Of a DNA stretch of 64,000 bases, positions 9,403 to 18,894 are shown piece by piece. The number at the start of each line of letters is the position of its first letter. The first letter of the stretch is position 1. Origin of the DNA: an uncultured Sutterella sp. GTDB taxonomy: Bacteria > Pseudomonadota > Gammaproteobacteria > Burkholderiales > Burkholderiaceae_F. The stretch spans positions 99,032-163,031 of the forward strand of contig UQYG01000003.1 of assembly GCA_900545275.1 (NCBI GenBank), in the 5' to 3' direction. Made by a program: the position numbers and the translations under genes. Below the pieces are notes generated by a model. The model was given only the letters and a program-made list of their open reading frames with translations. It searched no databases and was not told where the DNA came from.

Positions 9403-11877
9403 ATGGTCTTCACTTTGGTTCACGAAGTCGGCAACCGCACCCGTTGGCGCACGGACGGGACGATGAGCCTTGCATCGGCGAAGCTTTTGGCCGACGAACT
9501 CGAACGCGTATCGGGCGTTACGGGTCTTCGCGTCAATCCCCGCACGGGCTCGGTCGTCGTGACGGTGGCGGATTGGGAGGCGCGGGGGCGCGTCGCGGCG
9601 TATTTCGCGTCGCTGGAAAAGTCGCCCCTCATCACCCGCGTCGACACGGCCGCGGCGAGGAGAGCCCTCGCGCGTGCCGCAGAGGGACGGACGGAGACGT
9701 CGGAGAAAACCTCCGCCGCCTGGTCCGGTACGATTGCGACCGTCAACCGCGCACTCTCCGACATGCCGGTTCTGCACGTCTGGCAGCGCCTTTCGCAGCA
9801 CTTTCTCTCGCGCGTTCCGGGGCGAAGCCCGGGCCGTTCGGGCGCGTCCGCCCGGTCGGGCGACTTGACGCCGGTTTCGGCCGGGCGGGAGGAAGGGACG
9901 CTTGATTTTGCGCCTCTCACGCGCTTTCTCTTTTTTCGCCCGCTTCTTCCCGTAGGACTCAATGCGGCGAATGCGCTTCTTGCGAGCGTACCCTTCGTGC
10001 TCTCGGGCGTGAAGTCGCTCCTTCGGGGCCGCTTCGACGTGGCGGTCCTCGACGGCGCGGCGCTTCTCGTCTCGCTTCTTCGCCGGGACTTCCGTACGGC
10101 GGGACTGCTGATCGTGCTCCTGGGCCTGGGCGAAATGCTCGAATCCTATACGCGCAAGAAGTCGATGGCGAGTCTCGCCGACGAACTGGCGCTTCGCGTC
10201 GACAGCGTCTGGGTGCGACGCGGAGACGGGAACGTCAAGATCGCGCTTCGCGCCGTCACGAAGGAGGACGTGGTCGTCGTGCATGCCGGCAACGCCATTC
10301 CCGTCGACGGCATCGTCGTGGACGGGGACGGAAGCGTCAATCAGGCCTCGATGACGGGCGAACCCCTTCCCGTTCACCGCATGAAGGGCGGCACCGTCTT
10401 TGCGGGCACGGTCCTCGAAGACGGCGAACTCATGATCCGGCCCACGGGCGTGGGAGACGGCACGCGTCTGCAGCAGATCGTGCGCTTCATCGAGAATTCC
10501 GAAGCCGCCAAGGCCGGAATCGAAGGAAAGGCCCTCAAGTGGGCGGACCGCATCGTCCCCTACCACTTCCTTCTTGCGGGGCTCGTGTGGCTCGTGACGC
10601 GGGACTTCGCGCGCATGGCCTCCGTCCTCATGGTCGACTTCAGCTGCGCGCTTCGTCTTGCGACGCCCCTGGCGATTCTCACCGCCATGCGCACGGGCAC
10701 GCAGCGGGGCGTCGTCGTGAAGGGCGGCAAGTACCTCGAGGCCCTGGCCGAAGTCGACACCGTGGTCTTTGACAAGACGGGCACGCTCACGGCGAGTGCG
10801 CCGAAGCTCTCGGACGTCGTCTCCTTGGACGAACGCTACGATGCCGACGATCTCCTTCGTCTCGCCGCGTGCCTTGAAGAACACTTTCCTCATCCCGTCG
10901 GCCGCGCCGTCGTGCACGCCGCGGAAGCGAAGGGCCTCGCGCACGCGGTTGAAGCGCACGACGCGAAGATCGACTACGTGGTGGCCCACGGAATCGCCTC
11001 TTCGGTCGAAGGAGCGCGCGTGCTCCTCGGCTCGCGCCATTTCGTCGAAGAAGACGAAGGGGTCTCGGTCGCGGTGGGGCACGAGGCGGCGGAACGACTC
11101 GCGCGCGAAGGAAAGTCGATTCTCTATCTTGCCGTGGGCGGCAAGTTGGCGGGTCTTCTCGGGATTGAAGATCCGGTCCGCGTGGAAGCGAAGGCCGTGA
11201 TCGCGGCCTTGCACGAGCGCGGCGTCAAGGAAGTCTGGATGTTGACGGGCGACGACGAGCGTACGGCGCGGGTCGTCGCCGAAACGCTCGGAATCGATCA
11301 TTACCGCGCGGGGATTCTCCCCGCGGACAAGGCGGCGGTCGTGACGGCCTTGAAGGAAAAGGGCGCCAAAGTCCTCATGGTGGGGGACGGCGTCAACGAC
11401 AGTCCCGCGCTCTCGGCTTCCGACGTGGGCGTCACGCTTCGGGACGGCGCGGACATCGCGCAGGAAGTGGCCGACGTGGTGCTCTCCGAAAACACGCTTG
11501 CGGGACTTCCCGTCGCGATGGATCTGGGCAAGGCCGCGATGGCGCGCATTCGTCAGAATTTCGTCGCGTCCGTCGGGTTGAACGGTTTGTTCCTCGCGGG
11601 CGGTCTCACGGGTACGCTCATGCCCGCGGCCGGGGCGCTCCTGCACAACGGTACGACGATCGGAGTGTGTCTGAACGCCATGCGCGATCCCGATGCGGGC
11701 GGCCTCGACGGCAAGGGATTTCTCGCCGGCGTCGCGGACAATCTCCGTCATGCGCTCTCTCACGTCACCGATTCGCTCGAGCGCGCGGAAGGCGCGAAGG
11801 CGGGGACGGACGGCGTCCACGAATCGGACGCACGCGGGGCGCACGGCGGCCGCGGGCCTTTTCCGGCGCTTTCGTGA
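9403..11877 (+). CDS. P1B-type heavy-metal-translocating P-type ATPase, SCA-motif subgroup (substrate unknown)
   Basis: 824 aa; DKTGTLT phosphorylation motif, MLTGDD, GDGVNDSPAL hinge. Transmembrane motif is FSCALRL (SCA rather than CPC). N-terminal HMA-like fold lacks metal-binding Cys pair. Start could be internal Met at approx. 9463. Confidence 0.85.
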   Translation: MVFTLVHEVGNRTRWRTDGTMSLASAKLLADELERVSGVTGLRVNPRTGSVVVTVADWEARGRVAAYFASLEKSPLITRVDTAAARRALARAAEGRTETSEKTSAAWSGTIATVNRALSDMPVLHVWQRLSQHFLSRVPGRSPGRSGASARSGDLTPVSAGREEGTLDFAPLTRFLFFRPLLPVGLNAANALLASVPFVLSGVKSLLRGRFDVAVLDGAALLVSLLRRDFRTAGLLIVLLGLGEMLESYTRKKSMASLADELALRVDSVWVRRGDGNVKIALRAVTKEDVVVVHAGNAIPVDGIVVDGDGSVNQASMTGEPLPVHRMKGGTVFAGTVLEDGELMIRPTGVGDGTRLQQIVRFIENSEAAKAGIEGKALKWADRIVPYHFLLAGLVWLVTRDFARMASVLMVDFSCALRLATPLAILTAMRTGTQRGVVVKGGKYLEALAEVDTVVFDKTGTLTASAPKLSDVVSLDERYDADDLLRLAACLEEHFPHPVGRAVVHAAEAKGLAHAVEAHDAKIDYVVAHGIASSVEGARVLLGSRHFVEEDEGVSVAVGHEAAERLAREGKSILYLAVGGKLAGLLGIEDPVRVEAKAVIAALHERGVKEVWMLTGDDERTARVVAETLGIDHYRAGILPADKAAVVTALKEKGAKVLMVGDGVNDSPALSASDVGVTLRDGADIAQEVADVVLSENTLAGLPVAMDLGKAAMARIRQNFVASVGLNGLFLAGGLTGTLMPAAGALLHNGTTIGVCLNAMRDPDAGGLDGKGFLAGVADNLRHALSHVTDSLERAEGAKAGTDGVHESDARGAHGGRGPFPALS

Positions 11878-11925
11878 TACCCGGAAAGGACGTGCAAACG
11901 AAAAACGACTGAAAGGAGTTTCATC

Positions 11926-12618
11926 ATGGAACAGTCATTTACCGCCGAGAGTCTCGTCGCTTCCGTGCGTTCCTTCGTCCCGGGGCGGCTTCGCCTTCGT
12001 CATCCGGCTTTGACGGACCTTTCGGACGACTGGGCCGAAGGCCTTGTCTCGTGGCTGCGGACGAAGCCCGGGATGCGCAAGGTCGAGCTCAACCGCCGCG
12101 TGGGCAGCCTGCTTCTTCTCTGGGACGAGTCGGAGGCCGACTGGACCTTTGAAGAACTGGCCCGAGAGGCGGCGGGACTTTTCGCGCTCTTTGCGCCCGC
12201 CGGCGAAGCCGAGACTCAAGAGGACACCGAGGAATGCGTCTGCGGCGCTTCGGCGAAAGCGCCTTCTTCGGAAGCCGAAGGGAAAAGCCGTGAAGCGGCC
12301 GCCGAAGGCGCCAAGCCCTGCGCCCGCGTGAAGGCGTCCGTCGAAGCGGTCACGCAAACGCTCGAGCCCGCCGGCGAGGTGTTGGAGCGTTGCGGACAAA
12401 AGGTCTTGGACCTCGTCGCACCCTTCGTGGTGCCGGAAAAGAAGGCGAAGGCCGGAGGCCGTACGCGCCGCGTCGCGCAGAACCGTCTGATGGGCGGGGC
12501 GCTCGCTGGATCCACCGCTGCGCTCTTCCTTCGCTCCACGGGTGCGCACCTGGCGCTTGGCTGCGTCTTCTTCGGGTTCCTCGCGGTGCACCTCTGGCAG
12601 CACCGCCGCGTGCTCTGA
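11926..12618 (+). CDS. Hypothetical protein with HMA-like N-terminal region related to ATPase N-terminus
   Basis: 230 aa ORF immediately downstream of ATPase. N-terminal approx. 70 aa resembles ATPase N-terminal region (...RTKPGMRKVELNRRVGSLLLL vs ...GLRVNPRTGSVVVTV); C-terminal hydrophobic segment. Confidence 0.45.
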   Translation: MEQSFTAESLVASVRSFVPGRLRLRHPALTDLSDDWAEGLVSWLRTKPGMRKVELNRRVGSLLLLWDESEADWTFEELAREAAGLFALFAPAGEAETQEDTEECVCGASAKAPSSEAEGKSREAAAEGAKPCARVKASVEAVTQTLEPAGEVLERCGQKVLDLVAPFVVPEKKAKAGGRTRRVAQNRLMGGALAGSTAALFLRSTGAHLALGCVFFGFLAVHLWQHRRVL

Positions 12619-12792
12619 GAAACCTCATGCCCGGCGGAACCGCGCCCTGCGGGGCGACGTTCTTTCGGGTAGAGTAGGGCGGACGTCCCGCGCAAAGCCG
12701 TGTTCAACTTTGCTCGGGCGCCCGCCTTTTCCTTTTCGTGCGGTTTGACGCCCCGCCCAACCGCGTTCCTTTGGTTTATCGACAATACATCC

Positions 12793-13197
12793 ATGCCCGC
12801 CAAAACGATCCGCGCGGTGACGCTTGCGATTCTCTTTCTCGTGGCGCTTGCGCTCGCCTTTCTCTCCTTTGCGCTCCTGCTTCTTGCGGTGGTGCTCTGC
12901 ATCTTCTTTGCGCTCCTCGCATTCCTCGCCGCACCCGAAGAGACGAAGGCCTTTGTGCAGGGTTCGCGCGACACGGTCGACGCTTGGGTGCGGGCCATGG
13001 TAAAGCTTGTCGAAGACGCGGGCCGCATGATGGAGGCGTGGATGGCGAGGTTCGCGGGCGGTGCGGCGCAGAAGGCGGCCGACTCGGGCGAAAAGACGCC
13101 CTCGGCCGGGGCGCAGCGTTCTGAAGGGACGAAAGAAGCGGTCAAGGTTCCTGCGAAGGCGGCGGAGCGCGACGGGAAGACCGATTCGGAGAACTGA
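12793..13197 (+). CDS. Hypothetical membrane protein
   Basis: ORF 12700..13197; likely start MPAKTIRAV at 12793; two predicted TM helices (LAILFLVALALAFLSFALLLLAVVLCIFFALLAFLAA). Confidence 0.35.
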   Translation: MPAKTIRAVTLAILFLVALALAFLSFALLLLAVVLCIFFALLAFLAAPEETKAFVQGSRDTVDAWVRAMVKLVEDAGRMMEAWMARFAGGAAQKAADSGEKTPSAGAQRSEGTKEAVKVPAKAAERDGKTDSEN

Positions 13198-13334
13198 GGG
13201 CACAAAGAACTTTCAGACCCGTTCCCGGACGAACGGCACTCCGGAGCGTTCGAAGACCGTCGTCGGCAACGCAATGAAAAACCGGCTCTCCGCTGAACGG
13301 ACGCCGGTTTTTTGCATGGGGGATAAGCGTTCTC

Positions 13335-14108
13335 TCAGGTGAGCGCTTCGGGAGATTCGGGAAGAATCTGTCCGCCGTCCACGACGAGGCTCTGGCCCGT
13401 GACGTAGTGCGCCTCCTTCGAGGCAAAGAAGAGGACGGCCGTTCCGATGTCTTCGGGGGTGCCCAGACGCTTCATCGGAATCGCGCGCGCCATTCGGGCG
13501 AGGTATTCGTCTCCGAGTCCATCAAGACCTTCCGTCGCGATGTTGCCGGGCTGCACGGCGTTCACCGTGATTCCGAAGGGGGCGAGTTCGATCGCGGCCG
13601 TGCGCATGAAGCCGAGTTGCGCGGCCTTCGACGCTCCGTAATGGGACCAGCCGGGATAGCCCGTGATCGGACCCGTGATGGAGCTCGTGAGAACGATGCG
13701 CCCGTATCCCTGTTTTTTCATCGCGGGGATTGCCGCCTGTACGCAGAGGAAGGTTCCCTTGACGTTCACCTTCATGACGCGCTCGAAGTCGTCTTCCGTC
13801 ATGTCTTCGAGCTTTGCCTGCGGGAAAATTCCGGCGTTGGCGCAGAGGATGTCGAGCCGCCCCCAGCGCTGCGTCGCACGGCGAACCATTTCGTCGCAGA
13901 AGGATCGATCGGTGACGTCGCCTGCGATACCCTCGGCGTCGACGCCGAGACCGCGGAGTTCTTCCGCGGCTTCGCGGCACTCGTTTCCCTCCAGGCCCGC
14001 GACGAGCACGTTGGCGCCCGCACGGGCGAGCACCCGGGCAATGCCGCGGCCGATGCCGCGGGATCCGCCCGTAACGACGGCGACTTGGTTGTGCAGATTG
14101 CCGAGCAT
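13335..14108 (-). CDS. SDR family oxidoreductase (3-oxoacyl-ACP reductase-like)
   Basis: 257 aa; TGGSRGIGRGIA Rossmann motif, NAG, YxxxK (YGASKAA) catalytic motif. Confidence 0.85.
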   Translation of the reverse strand: MLGNLHNQVAVVTGGSRGIGRGIARVLARAGANVLVAGLEGNECREAAEELRGLGVDAEGIAGDVTDRSFCDEMVRRATQRWGRLDILCANAGIFPQAKLEDMTEDDFERVMKVNVKGTFLCVQAAIPAMKKQGYGRIVLTSSITGPITGYPGWSHYGASKAAQLGFMRTAAIELAPFGITVNAVQPGNIATEGLDGLGDEYLARMARAIPMKRLGTPEDIGTAVLFFASKEAHYVTGQSLVVDGGQILPESPEALT

Positions 14109-14206
14109 TCGAACACCTCACTCAAAACGAAGGAAAAGGGGCCGCCCTTCCGGAAGAGAAAAAGAACCGGCGGAGAACGGACGCGGATTTCGGGGAAGAG
14201 AAAGAC

Positions 14207-14407
14207 TCAACCGAAAATCTTGCACCAGAGCCAGGCGGGAACGCCGAAGATCACGAGGTAGGTGATGATCATCGCGGCCGCCTGCACGAAGTGGCTCTTC
14301 GAGATGCCCAGAACGATCGGTCCGAGGCCGTCCCACACCTTGAAGAGGAGAAGGAAGCTCGCGACGGCCCAGATGAGACCGAAAACGATGGAGAAAAAGG
14401 TGAACAT
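14207..14407 (-). CDS. Small hydrophobic membrane protein (hypothetical)
   Basis: 66 aa ORF with two hydrophobic helices; no recognisable motif. Confidence 0.3.
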   Translation of the reverse strand: MFTFFSIVFGLIWAVASFLLLFKVWDGLGPIVLGISKSHFVQAAAMIITYLVIFGVPAWLWCKIFG

Positions 14408-14633
14408 GGCGTTTCCTTGTGATCGGGATGAATGGATGGCTCGGACGGATCGGTCTCCGAGCGCTTTTGCGGATCCATTCTAAGGGAGGCGCCTTAATTC
14501 CGACTGAGAGGGAAAACGCTCGGGTCGGCGTCGCGGGAAGGAAAAGATCCGCAGGCGACGCGGGAGGAATTCGACGCGGCAAACGGGAAGCGGACGCGCT
14601 GCGGCATGCCTTGGCGAGAAAGGACGGGAAGAG

Positions 14634-15521
14634 TCACTTCCTCTTCGCGCGCGTGAGCCGGAAAACCATGACGGCGAGGAACGCAATCCCGACGAGTTCC
14701 GCCGCGTTGAGGGTGAGCCCGAGAAGAAGCACGCCCAGGACCACCGCGGTGAGGGGCTCGAAATTGGCGAGAAGCGCCGTGGTCGGGGCCGAGATGTACG
14801 AAAGACTCTTCAGGTAACACCAGAAGGCCGCGACCGTCCCGACGGCGGCGATGTAGAAGTAGAGGGCCGTCGTGACGAAATTCCATTCCACGGCGGCGAC
14901 GTTCGGAGGATCGGCGATGCAGAGGATTGCGCCGCCGAGCGTCATGCCCCAGCCCACGACGACTCCGACCGACAAACGGGAGAGCATGCGCCTGGGTTGG
15001 ACCGTGCAGAAGGCCCCGCAGGCGGCCGAAGCAATGCCCCAGAGCACGCCGGCGGGCGAGAAGTCAAGAGTCGAGAAGTCGCCTTTGGTGACGAGAAGGG
15101 AGACGCCCGCCGTGGCGAGCGCGATCGAAATCCACTCTTCCTTCGTGACGGCGCGGCGCTCGGAATAGGCGGTCCATCCCGTGACGAAGAGCGGTCCCGT
15201 CGTCACCGTCAGCGCCGCCGTGGCGGCGTTGGCGTCTCGGATCGAGAGAAAGAAGGCGAGCTGAATCCCGAGCATCCCGAGAGCGTAGAAAACGAGGTCG
15301 CGCCGGTCCCTTCCGTCGCGAAAGGGAGCGAAGACGTCTTCCCGCAGGACGAAGGCTTCGAGCGCAAGAAGAACGCCCGCTCCCGTGAGACGAAGGGCGG
15401 TGAGGTCGACCGCGTCAAACGCGACCGACTCCATGAGGTATTGCGCGGCAATGCTCATGGAACCCCAGAAGACGCTGGCGGCCGAAGCGAGCGCAATGCC
15501 GAGGACGGAGCGCGAAAGCAT
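14634..15521 (-). CDS. DMT superfamily (EamA-like) transporter
   Basis: ORF 14634..15620; likely start MLSRSVLG at 15521; approx. 10 hydrophobic segments, EamA-like pattern. Confidence 0.7.
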   Translation of the reverse strand: MLSRSVLGIALASAASVFWGSMSIAAQYLMESVAFDAVDLTALRLTGAGVLLALEAFVLREDVFAPFRDGRDRRDLVFYALGMLGIQLAFFLSIRDANAATAALTVTTGPLFVTGWTAYSERRAVTKEEWISIALATAGVSLLVTKGDFSTLDFSPAGVLWGIASAACGAFCTVQPRRMLSRLSVGVVVGWGMTLGGAILCIADPPNVAAVEWNFVTTALYFYIAAVGTVAAFWCYLKSLSYISAPTTALLANFEPLTAVVLGVLLLGLTLNAAELVGIAFLAVMVFRLTRAKRK

Positions 15522-15783
15522 GAGAAAGTCTCTCGAAGAATGAATGAAAAGCGGGAAATGGGCCCTTCGACGTGAGCGTCGAGAATCCGAGACAGTGTAG
15601 CACTGCCGTGCAGGCGGCAAAACCTTGTCGCGTACGGGATTGGGAGAAGGATGAGGAAAGTTGGAGAGGAAACGAAGGGAGGGTAAAGTGGTAACTGCGC
15701 AACAAAATTCTGTAGGAGGGTTTTGTGATGAAATTGACTACTTCTACAACGGATTGCGGGATAAAGTTAGGGTAAACCAGTAT

Positions 15784-15793
15784 GGGGGGGGGG
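15784..15793. promoter_or_regulatory. Homopolymeric G10 tract about 160 bp upstream of porin 1 start, inside a duplicated porin 5' region
   Basis: tatGGGGGGGGGGtaaaag; homologous block upstream of porin 4 carries G7 (20754..20760). Confidence 0.5.
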
Positions 15794-15949
15794 TAAAAGA
15801 TGTGAAAACATGCCTTTGTCCGAACGGCAAAGAAGTCTCTCTCCTGAAGGCAAGCGGGGGAAGGCGGCCGTACCGGATGCGGGATCCGGCGATCCATTCC
15901 ATTCCCGTCGGATCCCATTTCACAGATCAGACTTATACAGAAAAGGTAA

Positions 15950-17134
15950 TTGAACATGTTCAAGAAGTCTCTGATTGCTGTCGCCGCCCTCAGCGCCCTC
16001 GCCGGCTCCGCCATGGCTGCTGACGTCACGATCTACGGTCGTATCGACACGGGCTTCCGTTATCAAAACGTCGACTACGACGTCGCCGGTGTTGACGATG
16101 ACTCCTCGTTTGGGATGGTTTCCGGCAACTACACGGGTAGCCGCGTCGGCATCAAGGGTTCGGAAGACCTCGGCAACGGCCTGACGGTTGGTTTCGTTCT
16201 CGAAAACGGTTTTGACTCCGACGACGGTTCGTTCGACTCGAACGAAGAACTCTTCGGCCGTGAAGCGCTCCTCTATCTCGAAGGCGATTTCGGTAAGGTC
16301 GGTTTCGGCCGCATGGGCATCCTCAACAGCACGGCCGGTTCGTTCGCCATCGGCAACTTCACGCCGTGGGGTACGGGTTGGGGTTCCGTCGGTGACCAGT
16401 CCCTTATCTTCGGCGCCAACATTGGCAACCGTTGGGACAACATGATCTCCTATCGTTCGCCTGAATTCGCCGGCTTCCAGATTCATGCTCAGTACTCCTT
16501 CGGTGCGAATACCGATACGGATGAAGATAAGCTTGCTAAGGAAGGCAAGACCACGACCGACCGTTACTATGCCATCGGCGCCACGTACAAGGTCGGCGGT
16601 TTGAACTTGATCGGTATCGTTGATTCGATTAATGAAAAGCATCAGCCTGGAACGGCAACTGCTCCGACGGAAGATCCTGACGACACGCTTCGCGTGACGA
16701 TCGGTGGTTCTTATGACTTTGGCGTTGTGAAGCCCTATGTGTCGGCGGCCTACTTCAAGGATGCCCGCATGAAGAGCTGGTTGAGCGCTTATTCGAAAGG
16801 TCCTCAAACTACGACTGCCAATCTCAACGGCGACTGGGACGGTTACGGCGTGATTCTCGGTGCTTCCGCTCCGCTCGTTGGTGGCAAGGCCCACATGACG
16901 ATCGGTTACATGGATGCTGAAGCTCAGGACTTTATGTATGGTGCCACCGAAATCGGCGCCGACTTGAAGCGCTATACGTTCGCTGTCGGCTACGAATATC
17001 CGCTCAGCAAGCGCACCACGGTTTACGCTGACGCCGGCTACTTCAAGGATGAAATGGACTACGGCACGGAAGGTTGGGAAAGCCGCGAACCGGAAGGCTA
17101 CCAGGCTGCCGTCGGTCTCGTTCACTACTTCTAA
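15950..17134 (+). CDS. Outer-membrane porin (betaproteobacterial/Neisseria-type general porin), paralog 1
   Basis: 394 aa; signal peptide MNMFKKSLIAVAALSALAGSAMAADVTIYGR, Gly/Asp/Tyr-rich beta-barrel pattern, C-terminal ...GLVHYF. Confidence 0.9.
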   Translation: MNMFKKSLIAVAALSALAGSAMAADVTIYGRIDTGFRYQNVDYDVAGVDDDSSFGMVSGNYTGSRVGIKGSEDLGNGLTVGFVLENGFDSDDGSFDSNEELFGREALLYLEGDFGKVGFGRMGILNSTAGSFAIGNFTPWGTGWGSVGDQSLIFGANIGNRWDNMISYRSPEFAGFQIHAQYSFGANTDTDEDKLAKEGKTTTDRYYAIGATYKVGGLNLIGIVDSINEKHQPGTATAPTEDPDDTLRVTIGGSYDFGVVKPYVSAAYFKDARMKSWLSAYSKGPQTTTANLNGDWDGYGVILGASAPLVGGKAHMTIGYMDAEAQDFMYGATEIGADLKRYTFAVGYEYPLSKRTTVYADAGYFKDEMDYGTEGWESREPEGYQAAVGLVHYF

Positions 17135-17566
17135 TCAGCGTTTGAGCGGGTGTTTAAACGCCTGATCTAACCTGATGAAAGGGCCCTCTCCGAGGAATCG
17201 GCGGGGGCTCTTGTTTTGAGGTAGAGAGGGCGGAGTGAACTTTTTACAACAAAATTTGTTGCAAATCGTTTTGATTGCAACAGTAAGGGAAAAAATGCGC
17301 CTCTCGAGAATTTAAGGGTTATCACCTAGAGGACGGAGGGCGGGCCGTATGAGAGCATGGTCCCGCCTGAGTAGGTGAGGGAACTTCAGGTTCACCGGGT
17401 GCTTGCCAATTTCCCGGGAAAGTCACCGCAAGGGTTGCGACAGATTCCTGATCAACAGGCTACGAAAATCTGTCGATCGGAATGACGGACTTTTCATAGA
17501 GCGAAAGTCCGGCGAAGACACGCCAAGTCCTTCGCCTATTACAACTTATCTTCTAAACATTAAGGA

Positions 17567-18790
17567 ATGGAAATGTTGAAGAAGTCTCTGCTTGCTATTG
17601 CGACCATCGGCGCTTTTGCCGGTTCTGCGGTCGCTGCCGACGTCACCGTTTACGGTTTGGTTGACTACGGCTTTAACTATCAGCACGTTGATGCTGATAT
17701 CCAGGGTGTCGATGCTCAGGACAACTTTGAAATGCGCTCGGGCATGAACTCCGGTTCGCGCTTCGGCTTCAAGGGCTCTGAAGATCTCGGCAATGGTCTG
17801 ACGGTCGGCTTCGTTCTCGAAAACGGTTTCGATGCCGATTCGGGCAATCTCGGCTATGACGGCCGCATCTTCGGTCGTGAATCTCAGGTCTATCTGAGCG
17901 GCAACTTCGGTACCGTCTCCTTTGGTCGTATGGGTCAGCTCGCTAGCGCCAACGGCACCTACGGTCTCCTGAACGGCGACTTCTCGCCCTTCTCTGGCGG
18001 TTGGGCTGATTCGGTTGGTGCGAAGTTCCTCTTCGCCACGGGTTATGCCCGTTACGACAATACGATCACCTACAAGTCCCCTGAATTTGCCGGCCTGAAC
18101 GTTTTTGCTCAGTACTCGTTCGAAAACGACAGCGTCACGGACGGTGCAGGCAACGGTGACGAAGGCAAGAGCAATACCGACCGCTACTACGGTATTGGCG
18201 CCAAGTACAAGAACGGCAACCTTGCTTTGGTAGGTATCGTCGACCAGGTCAACTACCGTACGGAAGGCAACAACGAAGACCAGCTCACGGGCACCCTCGG
18301 TGCTTCGTATGACTTCGGTGTTGTGAAGACCTATCTCCTTGGCCAGTACTTCAAGGACGCTCGCAACGTCGGTCAGAAGTCTGCCATGGCTGGTGAAACG
18401 TTCTTGGGTTACAAGATTGGCTCTAGCGGCTACGGCACCTTTACGGACGGTGATCGTACTCTGAATGCCGCTATGGAAGGCTACGGTTTGGCTCTTGGTG
18501 CCAGCGTTCCGGCGTTTGGAGGTTCCTTCCTCGGCCAGATCGGTTACATGGATGCCGACAATGACAATGGCGATTACGGTGTTGAACTCGGCACTGAAGT
18601 CAAGCGTTGGAACGTCACCCTTGGTTACACCTATAACCTCAGCAAGCGTACGAGCGTGTATGCGGCAGCTGCCTACACGAAGGACGACGTGACCTTCAAC
18701 ACCCAGAATGCCGACAATAGCGTCAAGGATTCGGCTAATTACGACCCGACCCGTACGGAAGTCGTTGCCGGCTTGATCCACAAGTTCTAA
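17567..18790 (+). CDS. Outer-membrane porin, paralog 2
   Basis: 407 aa; signal peptide, ADVTVYGLVDYGFNYQ..., C-terminal ...GLIHKF; RBS region near-identical to paralog 3. Confidence 0.9.
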   Translation: MEMLKKSLLAIATIGAFAGSAVAADVTVYGLVDYGFNYQHVDADIQGVDAQDNFEMRSGMNSGSRFGFKGSEDLGNGLTVGFVLENGFDADSGNLGYDGRIFGRESQVYLSGNFGTVSFGRMGQLASANGTYGLLNGDFSPFSGGWADSVGAKFLFATGYARYDNTITYKSPEFAGLNVFAQYSFENDSVTDGAGNGDEGKSNTDRYYGIGAKYKNGNLALVGIVDQVNYRTEGNNEDQLTGTLGASYDFGVVKTYLLGQYFKDARNVGQKSAMAGETFLGYKIGSSGYGTFTDGDRTLNAAMEGYGLALGASVPAFGGSFLGQIGYMDADNDNGDYGVELGTEVKRWNVTLGYTYNLSKRTSVYAAAAYTKDDVTFNTQNADNSVKDSANYDPTRTEVVAGLIHKF

Positions 18791-18837
18791 TCGACTTGTT
18801 TCATCCTAAGACGGACTTTTCTTAACGGAAAATCCCG

Positions 18838-18872
18838 GCGGAGGAAGGTCTGACGGCCTTCCTCCGCTTTTC
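18838..18872 (+). terminator. Rho-independent terminator between porin 2 and porin 3
   Basis: gcggaggaagg-tctgacgg-ccttcctccgc followed by ttttctc. Confidence 0.6.
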
Positions 18873-18894
18873 TCTATCTTCTGGACATTAAGGA

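Noticed and set aside
9109-11844. 911 aa ORF on minus strand
   Set aside because: Antisense to the well-supported P-type ATPase gene; Arg/Pro-rich low-complexity translation typical of a GC-rich antisense frame.
12216-13274. 352 aa minus-strand ORF
   Set aside because: Overlaps two plus-strand ORFs; Ser/Ala/Arg-rich with no domain signal; GC-frame artefact.
17240-17270. Near-palindrome ttgcaaatcgttttgattgcaa upstream of porin 2
   Set aside because: Imperfect and unique in the window; insufficient evidence for an operator.
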